Positions 1 through 6,654 of a stretch of DNA of 17,175 nt are shown in pieces. The DNA lies in assembly GCA_019308785.1 (NCBI GenBank), contig JAFDHL010000060.1, forward strand, positions 1-17,175. The letters are read 5' to 3'. Under the pieces are notes generated by a model, which worked only from the letters and a program-made list of their open reading frames with translations, was not told the origin of the DNA and searched no databases. Source of the stretch: Deltaproteobacteria bacterium (lineage in GTDB: Bacteria; Desulfobacterota; DSM-4660; Desulfatiglandales; Desulfatiglandaceae). How positions within the stretch are numbered: the first letter of the stretch is position 1; each line of letters starts with the position of its first letter. Both the position numbers and the translations under genes were made by a program.

Positions 1-183
1 AAGTAGATCTCTAATGATTGCCACTCGGGAGGTCAGTCCCGTTAAATTCATTCGCCTGTTCCATTCACATAGTTCATCCAGATAAATGCCAAAAAGATTA
101 ATCTGGGAGACCGATAGTTCTACGCAAATATCACGTGCCCATGAGAGGAGAACAGCCTCTTCTTCCCTGTTCAGGTTAGACAA
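1..183 (-). CDS. rsmG: 16S rRNA m7G527 methyltransferase RsmG (GidB), N-terminal 61 codons; gene continues past the left edge
   Basis: Edge-open ORF, absent from the supplied track. Minus-strand translation from TTG 183-181: MSNLNREEEAVLLSWARDICVELSVSQINLFGIYLDELCEWNRRMNLTGLTSRVAIIRDLL. The F..Y...L..WN...NLT block is the characteristic RsmG N-terminal signature. An in-frame TGA lies immediately upstream of the TTG, and the next ATG falls inside the conserved block, so TTG is the only plausible start. It overlaps the LOG stop by 8 nt (GTGATTGTCTAA). Confidence 0.5.
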   Translation of the reverse strand, partial: MSNLNREEEAVLLSWARDICVELSVSQINLFGIYLDELCEWNRRMNLTGLTSRVAIIRDLL

Positions 184-829
184 TCACCCGCCTCTTTATT
201 ATAGCCACGGCTTCTTCTGGCGTATCCACGACATTAAAAATATTAAAGTCCGACTCCGAGACAGTGTCTTCCTTTACCAGCGTGCCTTTAACCCAATCGA
301 GGAGGCCATTCCAGAATTTGGAGTCCATAAGGATAACGGGAAAATACCTGATTCTTTTCGTTTGAATAAGGGTCAGGGCCTCGAAGAGCTCATCAAGTGT
401 TCCAAAACCGCCTGGCATGATAATATACGCCACCGCATATTTCACGAACATAACCTTCCTGATGAAGAAATACTTGAATCCGAGCCGAACATTAGCGTAT
501 TCATTGGGCTTCTGCTCGTTGGGAAGTTCAATATGAAGGCCGACCGACTTACCTCCGGCCTCGGCAGCCCCTCTGTTGGCTGCTTCCATAATGCCGGGAC
601 CCCCGCCAGAAATGACATTAAAGCCATTCTCAACCAACAAACGGGCCACTTCAAGAGTGGTCTTGTAGATAGTACTTTGGGGTTTGGCCCGGGATGAGCC
701 GAAGATAGTTACGGCCGGCGAAACTTCCGGGAGAACTTCAAAGCCTTCCACAAATTCCGCCAAAAACCGGAACATCCTCCACGAATCTTTTAAAGTAATA
801 TCGTCAACAAGATATTGTTTTTCACCCAT
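176..829 (-). CDS. LOG family protein (TIGR00730 Rossmann-fold nucleotide-binding protein; cytokinin riboside 5'-monophosphate phosphoribohydrolase-like)
   Basis: The GGGPGIMEA and PGGFGTLDELFE motifs are diagnostic of the LOG family. The track start at 871 is TTG. The ATG at 829 (MGEKQYL) has AAAGGA about 10 nt upstream and is preferred. Confidence 0.9.
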   Translation of the reverse strand: MGEKQYLVDDITLKDSWRMFRFLAEFVEGFEVLPEVSPAVTIFGSSRAKPQSTIYKTTLEVARLLVENGFNVISGGGPGIMEAANRGAAEAGGKSVGLHIELPNEQKPNEYANVRLGFKYFFIRKVMFVKYAVAYIIMPGGFGTLDELFEALTLIQTKRIRYFPVILMDSKFWNGLLDWVKGTLVKEDTVSESDFNIFNVVDTPEEAVAIIKRRVIV

Positions 830-929
830 AATACAGTTCCATCCTTTCTGCCTCTGTTCAAGTAATACCAAAGGAAATTTTCGTTGATTTTTAGAATTTT
901 ATTGTTTAGCTTTCAGGCTAAATCTTTTG

Positions 930-1273
930 GTAATGTTCAAAACTGTTCGCATGGGATATGAATTCATCCGATTCCCGTGTATGGATTCTCAAGTCTGGTG
1001 CCTAAAAATCCAGACCAATCTTGTCAAAGCGAAGGGTATGGGGCTCTTTTTTCAGAATCGACTCGGCCAGAGCGCTGGCTTTGGCAATCCTGCAAACCAA
1101 GGCGGGCGGCGGGCTGCCCAGGTTTATGCCCTATCCTGTGTCTTGGGCGTGAAGCACAGCAAGCTACCCGCCCGCCTCAGGTAGCAGGGACATGTACAAT
1201 CCAGCAACCAATTTCTCGATTCCTGAAAAAAGAGTCCCATGCCCTTCAAGATGCGAACACTTTTGAACGATAC
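930..1273. repeat. Long imperfect foldback (inverted-repeat) element or candidate structured RNA in the LOG/aminotransferase divergent intergenic region
   Basis: Arm pairs read by eye. 930-952 pairs with 1251-1273 (20/23 complementary). 1031-1061 pairs with 1217-1248 (29/31 plus a 1-nt bulge). 1089-1093 plus 1100-1108 pairs with 1169-1177 plus 1184-1188 (CCTGC/GCAGG and AGGCGGGCG/CGCCCGCCT). The left arm carries a 78-nt insertion (953-1030) with its own hairpins: the ATGAATTCAT palindrome and GTCTGG..CCAGAC. There is a local hairpin, GCCAG-agcg-CTGGC, at about 1065-1078. Confidence 0.6.
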
Positions 1274-1290
1274 TAATCTTTTAGAATAAT
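1263..1290 (+). promoter_or_regulatory. Candidate sigma70 promoter for the aminotransferase operon (TTGAAC - 16 nt - AATAAT)
   Basis: The -35-like TTGAAC (1263-1268) lies inside the right foldback arm. The -10-like AATAAT is at 1285-1290, about 40 nt upstream of the start codon. Pattern match only. Confidence 0.25.
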
Positions 1291-1326
1291 AGGTTTGAGT
1301 TATATCTGTGTCAAGGTATAGTCGTT

Positions 1327-2322
1327 GTGATCATGAAAATTCCATTGATTAATAAAAATGATTTTTTTTCTTACCTCAAAGAACAAGGAAAGCCATGGCA
1401 AAATGACTATCTGAGCATGTACTCCAGTCAGTGGCACGGTATCACTACCGATCCGGACTTAATGGTTATTCCCATTGATGATCATCTGGTCCACAGGGGC
1501 GATGGCGTATTTGATGTGATTCGGTGTGTCAGAGGTAAAATGTACCAGATGGAGCAGCATCTTCAACGTCTCGAACGCTCGGCCAAGGCCATTTCACTTA
1601 ATCCGCCGCCTGAGTATGAAAGTATAAGAGAATTGATAAAACGCCTGGTTTCAATGGGAGGCGAAAAGGATTGCCTTATCAGAATCGTCTTATCCAGAGG
1701 ACCCGGAAGCTTCAGTACCAATCCCTTCGACTGCCCTTCCAGTCAAATATATCTGAATGTTATCCGTTTCAGGAGTCTACCAGGTACATATTACCAGGAC
1801 GGAGTCGCCCTTGTTACCAGCCATATTCCCATTAAAAAATCCTTTTTCGCCACGATTAAGTCATGCAATTACCTGCCTAATGTCCTGATTAAAATGGCGG
1901 CTATTGAGGCAAACGCCCAGTATGCTGTAGCTCTGGACGAGGATGGATTCCTTGCAGAAGGCTCCATTGAGAATATCTCTGTGTTAAACGCGGAAAAGAT
2001 TTTGAAATTCCCGGGATTTGAAAGGACCTTGTCTGGCATAACTGCCAATCGCGTTTTCCAATTGGCGGATAAACTTGTAAGGGAGAACATGATCAAGGAT
2101 GTGAAATTCGCCATGATATCACCCGAGGAGGCATATCAGGCCAGAGAAATATTTCTTACAGGTACTTCCGTAAATATAATTCCCGTCGTCAGCTACGATG
2201 GGAAACGCATCGGGGAGGGTTCCCCGGGGCCTGTTTATTCCAGGTTATCAACTCTCTTGTGGGAAGACATGACACAGAACCGGGAACTCCTGACCGAAAT
2301 TGATTGGGAACCGGGAAAATAA
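1327..2322 (+). CDS. Fold-type IV PLP aminotransferase (branched-chain/D-amino-acid aminotransferase family)
   Basis: Class IV hallmarks: HRGDGVFD near the N-terminus, a catalytic-lysine context (TIKSCNYLPNVL), and EGS..N and LTGTS motifs. The track start 1327 is GTG; ATG at 1333 (MKIPL) is an equally plausible start. Substrate cannot be assigned from sequence. Confidence 0.85.
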   Translation: MIMKIPLINKNDFFSYLKEQGKPWQNDYLSMYSSQWHGITTDPDLMVIPIDDHLVHRGDGVFDVIRCVRGKMYQMEQHLQRLERSAKAISLNPPPEYESIRELIKRLVSMGGEKDCLIRIVLSRGPGSFSTNPFDCPSSQIYLNVIRFRSLPGTYYQDGVALVTSHIPIKKSFFATIKSCNYLPNVLIKMAAIEANAQYAVALDEDGFLAEGSIENISVLNAEKILKFPGFERTLSGITANRVFQLADKLVRENMIKDVKFAMISPEEAYQAREIFLTGTSVNIIPVVSYDGKRIGEGSPGPVYSRLSTLLWEDMTQNRELLTEIDWEPGK

Positions 2323-2334
2323 GGAGGACAAGTC

Positions 2335-2541
2335 ATGGAACGTGTAGCAAGGATTTCAGAGATCATCGGTGCGTCGCCCGTCAGTTTTGATGAAGCCATC
2401 AGAGTTGGCTTTGAAAGGGCCAATCGGACCTTAAGAGGGATCACCGGACTGAAGGTCCTCGAGCAACGGGTGTCTGTTGAAGATGGCAAGATAGAGGAGT
2501 ATCGGGTAAGAATGGAAATCATTTTTGTGCTTGAAAGCTGA
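2335..2541 (+). CDS. Dodecin family flavin-binding protein (68 aa)
   Basis: The length and pattern match bacterial dodecins: ARISEIIGASPVSFDEAIRVGFERANRTLRGI...VEDGKIEEYRVRMEIIFVLE. A strong AGGAGG sits 6-12 nt upstream of the ATG. Confidence 0.8.
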   Translation: MERVARISEIIGASPVSFDEAIRVGFERANRTLRGITGLKVLEQRVSVEDGKIEEYRVRMEIIFVLES

Positions 2542-2559
2542 TGTGTGAATTCCGAAATT

Positions 2560-2763
2560 ATGGCTGAGATAATGTTCATAGAAGAGCGTTGTAAGGGTTG
2601 CGGTCTGTGTGTGACTGCATGTCCCAAAGACCTTTTGAGTGTAAGTTCCAAGATAAATCGCGCAGGGTACCCTGTGGCACAAATTGAAGACATGGACTCA
2701 TGCAATGGGTGTGCGCTATGTGCGGAGATGTGTCCGGACGTGGTGATTATGGTTTTTAAATGA
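2560..2763 (+). CDS. 2-oxoacid:ferredoxin oxidoreductase delta subunit (2x[4Fe-4S] ferredoxin)
   Basis: Two CxxCxxCxxxCP motifs (CKGCGLCVTACP and CNGCALCAEMCP) in a ~68-aa protein placed directly before the alpha/beta/gamma genes. The track start 2545 is GTG. ATG at 2560 (MAEIMFIEERCKGCG) fits the typical N-terminus. Confidence 0.85.
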   Translation: MAEIMFIEERCKGCGLCVTACPKDLLSVSSKINRAGYPVAQIEDMDSCNGCALCAEMCPDVVIMVFK

Positions 2764-2769
2764 TTATAT

Positions 2770-3044
2770 TTTTATACTCAGGTTATTTAGGCTGAAGGTC
2801 CCGCGAAACGCGGGATTAGTAAAGGCTATGAACATCGAACATCGAATCACGCTACAAGCGTGATCGAATTTTGAATAAGGTATTCTGCTAATTTATAAAC
2901 TGGCGGAGCGAAGTGATTTCATCATTCGATGTTCAAAAAACGGTTCTCTTTTCCCTTCCCGTCCTCCGTCCCGCTCAAGCGGGACTACGGAGGGTGGACA
3001 GTCTTCAGTCTAAACACCTTCAGCCTGACTACGTGAGTAGTCAC
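2770..3044 (+). mobile_element. MITE-like structured repeat, copy A (degenerate left end, perfect right end), inserted between korD and korA
   Basis: 130-nt core 2816-2945 matches 6781-6910 at 129/130. Right segment 2985-3044 matches 6974-7033 at 59/60. The right 27-nt terminal repeat 3018-3044 is intact. The left terminus (about 2773-2797) is degenerate and retains only AGGCTGAAG. Extra hairpin TCCCGCG-aaa-CGCGGGA at 2799-2815. Confidence 0.7.
2871..2899 (+). promoter_or_regulatory. Near-consensus sigma70 promoter inside repeat copy A, facing korA (TTGAAT - 17 nt - TATAAA)
   Basis: TTGAAT at 2871-2876, a 17-nt spacer, and TATAAA at 2894-2899. Identical sequence is present in copy B. Pattern match only. 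Confidence 0.4.
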
Positions 3045-3085
3045 ATATTTTTTAATAATATCCCCGCTTATTTCAGGAGAGACAA

Positions 3086-4147
3086 TTGACAGAAACTGTG
3101 CTTGTCAAGGGAAATGAAGCCATAGCCATGGGGGCTATAGAGGCCGGATGTCGTTTCTATTTTGGATACCCCATCACCCCGCAAAACGAGATTCCGGAGT
3201 ATATGTCCAAACACCTCCCCGAGGTGGGCGGGACATTCATTCAAGCGGAAAGTGAGATTGCGTCCATAAACATGCTCCTGGGAGCGAGTGCCACAGGTTC
3301 CAGGGCAATGACCTCTTCCTCCAGTCCCGGGATTTCGTTAAAACAGGAAGGTATTTCATACTTATGCGGTAGCCAGATCCCCGGAGTCATCGTTAATATG
3401 AGCAGAAGCGGCCCGGGCTTAGGAGGCATTTCCCCCTCCCAGGGGGACTATTTCCAGGCAACCAGGGGGGGTGGCCACGGCGACTACCGTACAATAGTGC
3501 TCGCTCCTCATTCGGTTCAGGAGAACTATGATCTTACAATGAAAGCATTTGATCTATCTGATAAGTACAGGAATCCTGTCATGATATTAGGGGATGCCCT
3601 TTTAGGCCAAATAAAAGAGCCCCTAAAAATCCATAAATACAAAAAGAAAGAATTTTCAAAGGACTGGATCCTGACAGGAACAAAGGGAAGAGAACCCAGG
3701 CTGCTGAAGTCCCTTTACCTTTCCGAAGGAGAGCTTACGGAACATAACTGGATGTTATCCAAGAAATATCAGCGGATGAAGCGTTCGATTATGTTCGAGA
3801 CGCATTTCCTGGAGGGTTCAAAGCTCGTTGTTGTGGCCTTCGGTTCCGTGGCGAGAATCCTGAAGACATCCGTTCAGATGGTTAGAGACAGGGGTATGAA
3901 GGTAGGGCTGTTCCGTCCCATAACCCTTTTCCCCTTTCCCTATGACGCATTAGAAAGAATATCTCTCTCCATCAGGAACTTCATGGCAGTAGAATTGAAT
4001 ACGGGCCAGATGGTCGAAGACGTGAAATTGGCAGTTGGGCATAAAAAGAACCAGGTCGATTTTTACGGCCGGCCACCCGGTTCAATCCCGTCGCCTGACG
4101 AGCTTTTCAACGAGATAAAAAAGATTTATAAGAAAAGGATCGGATAA
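3086..4147 (+). CDS. 2-oxoacid:ferredoxin oxidoreductase alpha subunit (KorA/OorA-type)
   Basis: Typical N-terminus: KGNEAIAMGAIEAGCRFYFGYPITPQNEI. The 353-aa size fits the short KorA class. TTG start with AGGAGAG 5 nt upstream. Confidence 0.9.
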   Translation: MTETVLVKGNEAIAMGAIEAGCRFYFGYPITPQNEIPEYMSKHLPEVGGTFIQAESEIASINMLLGASATGSRAMTSSSSPGISLKQEGISYLCGSQIPGVIVNMSRSGPGLGGISPSQGDYFQATRGGGHGDYRTIVLAPHSVQENYDLTMKAFDLSDKYRNPVMILGDALLGQIKEPLKIHKYKKKEFSKDWILTGTKGREPRLLKSLYLSEGELTEHNWMLSKKYQRMKRSIMFETHFLEGSKLVVVAFGSVARILKTSVQMVRDRGMKVGLFRPITLFPFPYDALERISLSIRNFMAVELNTGQMVEDVKLAVGHKKNQVDFYGRPPGSIPSPDELFNEIKKIYKKRIG

Positions 4148-4888
4148 ATGAAACAGGTATTCAAAAGGCCGGAAGCCCTTATCGATGTTCCATTTCATTT
4201 CTGCCCCGGATGCCATCATGGAATCGTTCACAGACTGGTAGCCGAATGTATCGACAGGTACGGGCTGAGGGAAAAAACCATCGGCGTTGCTTCGGTGGGT
4301 TGTTCTGTCTTTCTCTATGACTATTTTTATGTGGATGTAGTGGAGGCACCCCACGGAAGGGCTGCTGCAGTGGCAACAGGGGTCAAAAGGGCCTGTCCAG
4401 AAAGCTTTGTATTTACCTACCAGGGGGACGGCGATCTGGCAGCCATAGGTACGGCGGAGATCATACATGCAGCAAATCGGGGCGAGCTCCTGACAGTGGT
4501 CTTCGTAAACAACGCCGTCTTTGGTATGACAGGGGGACAGATGGCACCAACGACCCTGGCCGGACAGGAGACAACAACCACTCCCTCCGGCCGGGAAACC
4601 GTAACTAACGGATTTCCCATTAAGATGGCTGAACTGCTTTCCGTACTTCCCGGAACCACCTTTGTTGCCAGGGCGGCAGTGAATAACCCCAAAAACCTTA
4701 TGAGGGCAAAAAAGCTGTTGAGAAAAGCGTTTGAAGTCCAGACAAACAACCAGGGATTCGGCTTTGTGGAGTTTCTTTCCGCCTGCCCGACCAACTGGAA
4801 AATGTCCCCGGATCAGGCCAACAAATGGGTTGCGGAGGAAATGATACCATACTTTCCCTTAGGCATCTTCAAAGGGGAGACTGTCTGA
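4148..4888 (+). CDS. 2-oxoacid:ferredoxin oxidoreductase beta subunit (TPP-binding, KorB/OorB-type)
   Basis: CPGCHHG cysteine motif and the TPP motif [11 protein letters not shown]...[11 protein letters not shown]. The ATG immediately follows the alpha-subunit TAA. Confidence 0.9.
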   Translation: MKQVFKRPEALIDVPFHFCPGCHHGIVHRLVAECIDRYGLREKTIGVASVGCSVFLYDYFYVDVVEAPHGRAAAVATGVKRACPESFVFTYQGDGDLAAIGTAEIIHAANRGELLTVVFVNNAVFGMTGGQMAPTTLAGQETTTTPSGRETVTNGFPIKMAELLSVLPGTTFVARAAVNNPKNLMRAKKLLRKAFEVQTNNQGFGFVEFLSACPTNWKMSPDQANKWVAEEMIPYFPLGIFKGETV

Positions 4889-6186
4889 TGTATTTTGATT
4901 GTATCATAGCCGGGTTCGGTGGCCAGGGGGTTATGCTTATGGGCAATATCCTAACCTATGCCGCCATGGCTGAAAACAAGAAGGCCACATACATGCCCGT
5001 ATACGGAGTGGAAATGAGAGGTGGGACAGCCAACTGCACTGTAGTTATTTCCGATCGTGAAATCGGCTCCCCCATCATACAAAGGCCTCTGTCTGCCATT
5101 GTTATGAACCGCCCATCCTTAGAAAAATTCGGTCCCAGGGTCAGAAAAGGCGGCTTACTCTTTGTAAATTCCTCTTTGATCCCTGAAAAGGAGGTCAAAT
5201 TCAAGGGAATTGACTGTCTCATGATCCCAACCAGGGAACTGGCCTTGGAGGTGGGCAACGAAAGACTGGCCAACATGGTAATGCTGGGATTTGCCGTTAA
5301 GAAGAGTGGCATGGTTAAACTGGAAGCCTTGAAAAAGGCACTTTATCCAGCCCTTGACCCCAGATATCACAAGATGATAGACATAAACATACTGGCCATG
5401 GAGCGGGGTGCCCATTTTGTTGAGGATGGCAGAGTTAAAACCCGCGTTAACGGCTCAAAGGCCTCTAAAGACAGGGAACCTATTATGGAAGAAAAAAAGG
5501 ACGAGAAGACCGGAAAACACGCCTACGAAGATTTTTTAGCGGACGTAAGCGACCATTTTGCCAGTGGGGATCAAGAAAAGCAATTTATTGATAGCATCAG
5601 CCTTGAGCCCCCACAAGAGGATATCCAGGTTAACGTTGGAGTGCGTGTAAGAGAAGTAAGGGAAAACCGCGGCCTGAGTATTGAGGATATTTCCCAGAGG
5701 ACCGGTATCGCTGTTTCCCTTTTGGAGGAAATCGAGGATGAGGCTGTTGCGCCCCCACTGGGGACTGTGATAAAGCTGGCAAAGGCCCTTGAGATGAAAA
5801 TGGGTTTCTTTATCTCAGGAAAAGAAGACAGGCCTTTTACAATTGTTCGTGTGGATGATCGAAAAGTGATCTCCCGATATGATTCCAAGAAGGGGAAGCA
5901 TTACGGGTATGAATACGAGTCCCTTGCCCCCCACAAAAAAAACCGGCATATGGAACCCTTTCTGGTTACCCTTGAACCTGTGGATACCGAAGAAGAAAGA
6001 TCGACCCATGACGGACAGGAATTCATTTATGTGCTGGAGGGAAGCATGGAGGTCCGCCTGGGAGAGGAGATCCACATCCTTAAACCGGGCGATTCAATAT
6101 ATTATGATTCAACGGTACCACACCTTGTGAAGTGCCATGGGGATAAGAAGACGAAGATCCTGGCTGTCCTTTACGCTGAAAGGTAA
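4888..6186 (+). CDS. Fusion protein: 2-oxoacid:ferredoxin oxidoreductase gamma subunit (KorC-type) + XRE-family HTH + cupin domain
   Basis: ATG 4888 overlaps the korB stop (TGATG), with AAAGGGGAGA upstream. The gamma domain ([15 protein letters not shown]...) runs to about 5430. A charged linker follows. The HTH is at about 5635-5800 (VREVRENRGLSIEDISQRTGIAVSLLEEIE...PPLGTVIKLAKAL). The cupin is at about 5990-6130 (HDGQEFIYVLEGSMEVRLGEEIHILKPGDSIYY). There is no stop codon between the domains. The track extension back to 4825 lies inside korB and is not used. Confidence 0.8.
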   Translation: MYFDCIIAGFGGQGVMLMGNILTYAAMAENKKATYMPVYGVEMRGGTANCTVVISDREIGSPIIQRPLSAIVMNRPSLEKFGPRVRKGGLLFVNSSLIPEKEVKFKGIDCLMIPTRELALEVGNERLANMVMLGFAVKKSGMVKLEALKKALYPALDPRYHKMIDINILAMERGAHFVEDGRVKTRVNGSKASKDREPIMEEKKDEKTGKHAYEDFLADVSDHFASGDQEKQFIDSISLEPPQEDIQVNVGVRVREVRENRGLSIEDISQRTGIAVSLLEEIEDEAVAPPLGTVIKLAKALEMKMGFFISGKEDRPFTIVRVDDRKVISRYDSKKGKHYGYEYESLAPHKKNRHMEPFLVTLEPVDTEEERSTHDGQEFIYVLEGSMEVRLGEEIHILKPGDSIYYDSTVPHLVKCHGDKKTKILAVLYAER

Positions 6187-6192
6187 ATGATG

Positions 6193-6224
6193 GAGGTTAT
6201 CAAACTACGAGGTTATCAAACTTA
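6193..6224 (+). repeat. 16-bp tandem duplication (GAGGTTATCAAACTAC / GAGGTTATCAAACTTA) immediately upstream of the DUF1178 start
   Basis: Read directly. Unit 1 is 6193-6208 and unit 2 is 6209-6224 (14/16 identical). This duplicates the GAGG Shine-Dalgarno-like element. Confidence 0.8.
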
Positions 6225-6225
6225 G

Positions 6226-6654
6226 ATGATTGTATTTGATTTAGAGTGTTCACAGGGACATGTATTTGAAGGCTGGTTCGACAGCCTGGAGTCCTTTGAA
6301 CAACAAAATGTAAAAAACCTTGTTTGTTGCCCTTATTGCGATGATGCCAATATAAGGAGACTAATGTCACCTGTGGCTATTAAAAGATCGCATCCAGACA
6401 TCCGTAAACCACTAGATCCTATTGATTATCAGAGACTCGCAAGGGAAGTCGTCAACTATATCCAGGACAACTTCGAGGACGTAGGATCCAAATTCGCTGG
6501 AGAGGCCCTCAAAATTCACTACGGCGTATCCGAAAAAAGGAACATAAGGGGTTCAGCTACATCTGAAGAGGAAAAGAGTCTGAAAGAAGAAGGCATTGAA
6601 TTTTTCAAAGTCCCTGTGCCTAAAATAGATGATGACGCCGATAAGAAGAACTGA
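6226..6654 (+). CDS. DUF1178 family protein (zinc-ribbon-like N-terminus)
   Basis: N-terminus MIVFDLECSQGHVFEGWFDS...CCPYC and C-terminal block ALKIHYGVSEKRNIRGSATSEEEKSLKEEGIEF match the DUF1178 pattern as I recall it. Confidence 0.7.
   Translation: MIVFDLECSQGHVFEGWFDSLESFEQQNVKNLVCCPYCDDANIRRLMSPVAIKRSHPDIRKPLDPIDYQRLAREVVNYIQDNFEDVGSKFAGEALKIHYGVSEKRNIRGSATSEEEKSLKEEGIEFFKVPVPKIDDDADKKN

Noticed and set aside
86-697. 203-aa plus-strand ORF
   Set aside because: It is entirely antisense to the well-supported LOG gene. Its translation has no recognisable motifs, so it is a typical shadow ORF.
927-1276. Two overlapping plus-strand ORFs (85 and 99 aa) in the LOG/aminotransferase intergenic region
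   Set aside because: They lie within the foldback repeat, have low-complexity Arg/Pro/Gly-rich translations driven by the GC-rich stems, and lack an RBS. The region is better explained as non-coding structure.
2828-2863. 11-codon mini-ORF (MNIEHRITLQA) inside the MITE core, present in both copies
   Set aside because: It is too short, has no RBS, and is formed by the 7-bp GAACATC tandem and the hairpin. There is no evidence of coding.
4417-4794. Antisense ORFs inside korA, korB and korC (for example 4082-4468, 4417-4794, 4956-5312, 5571-5888, all on the minus strand)
   Set aside because: All are opposite strongly supported genes and have no recognisable domains.
4825-4887. N-terminal extension of the gamma-fusion ORF back to 4825
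   Set aside because: The extension lies inside the korB coding sequence. ATG 4888 has a good RBS, overlaps the korB stop, and begins the canonical gamma-subunit N-terminus.
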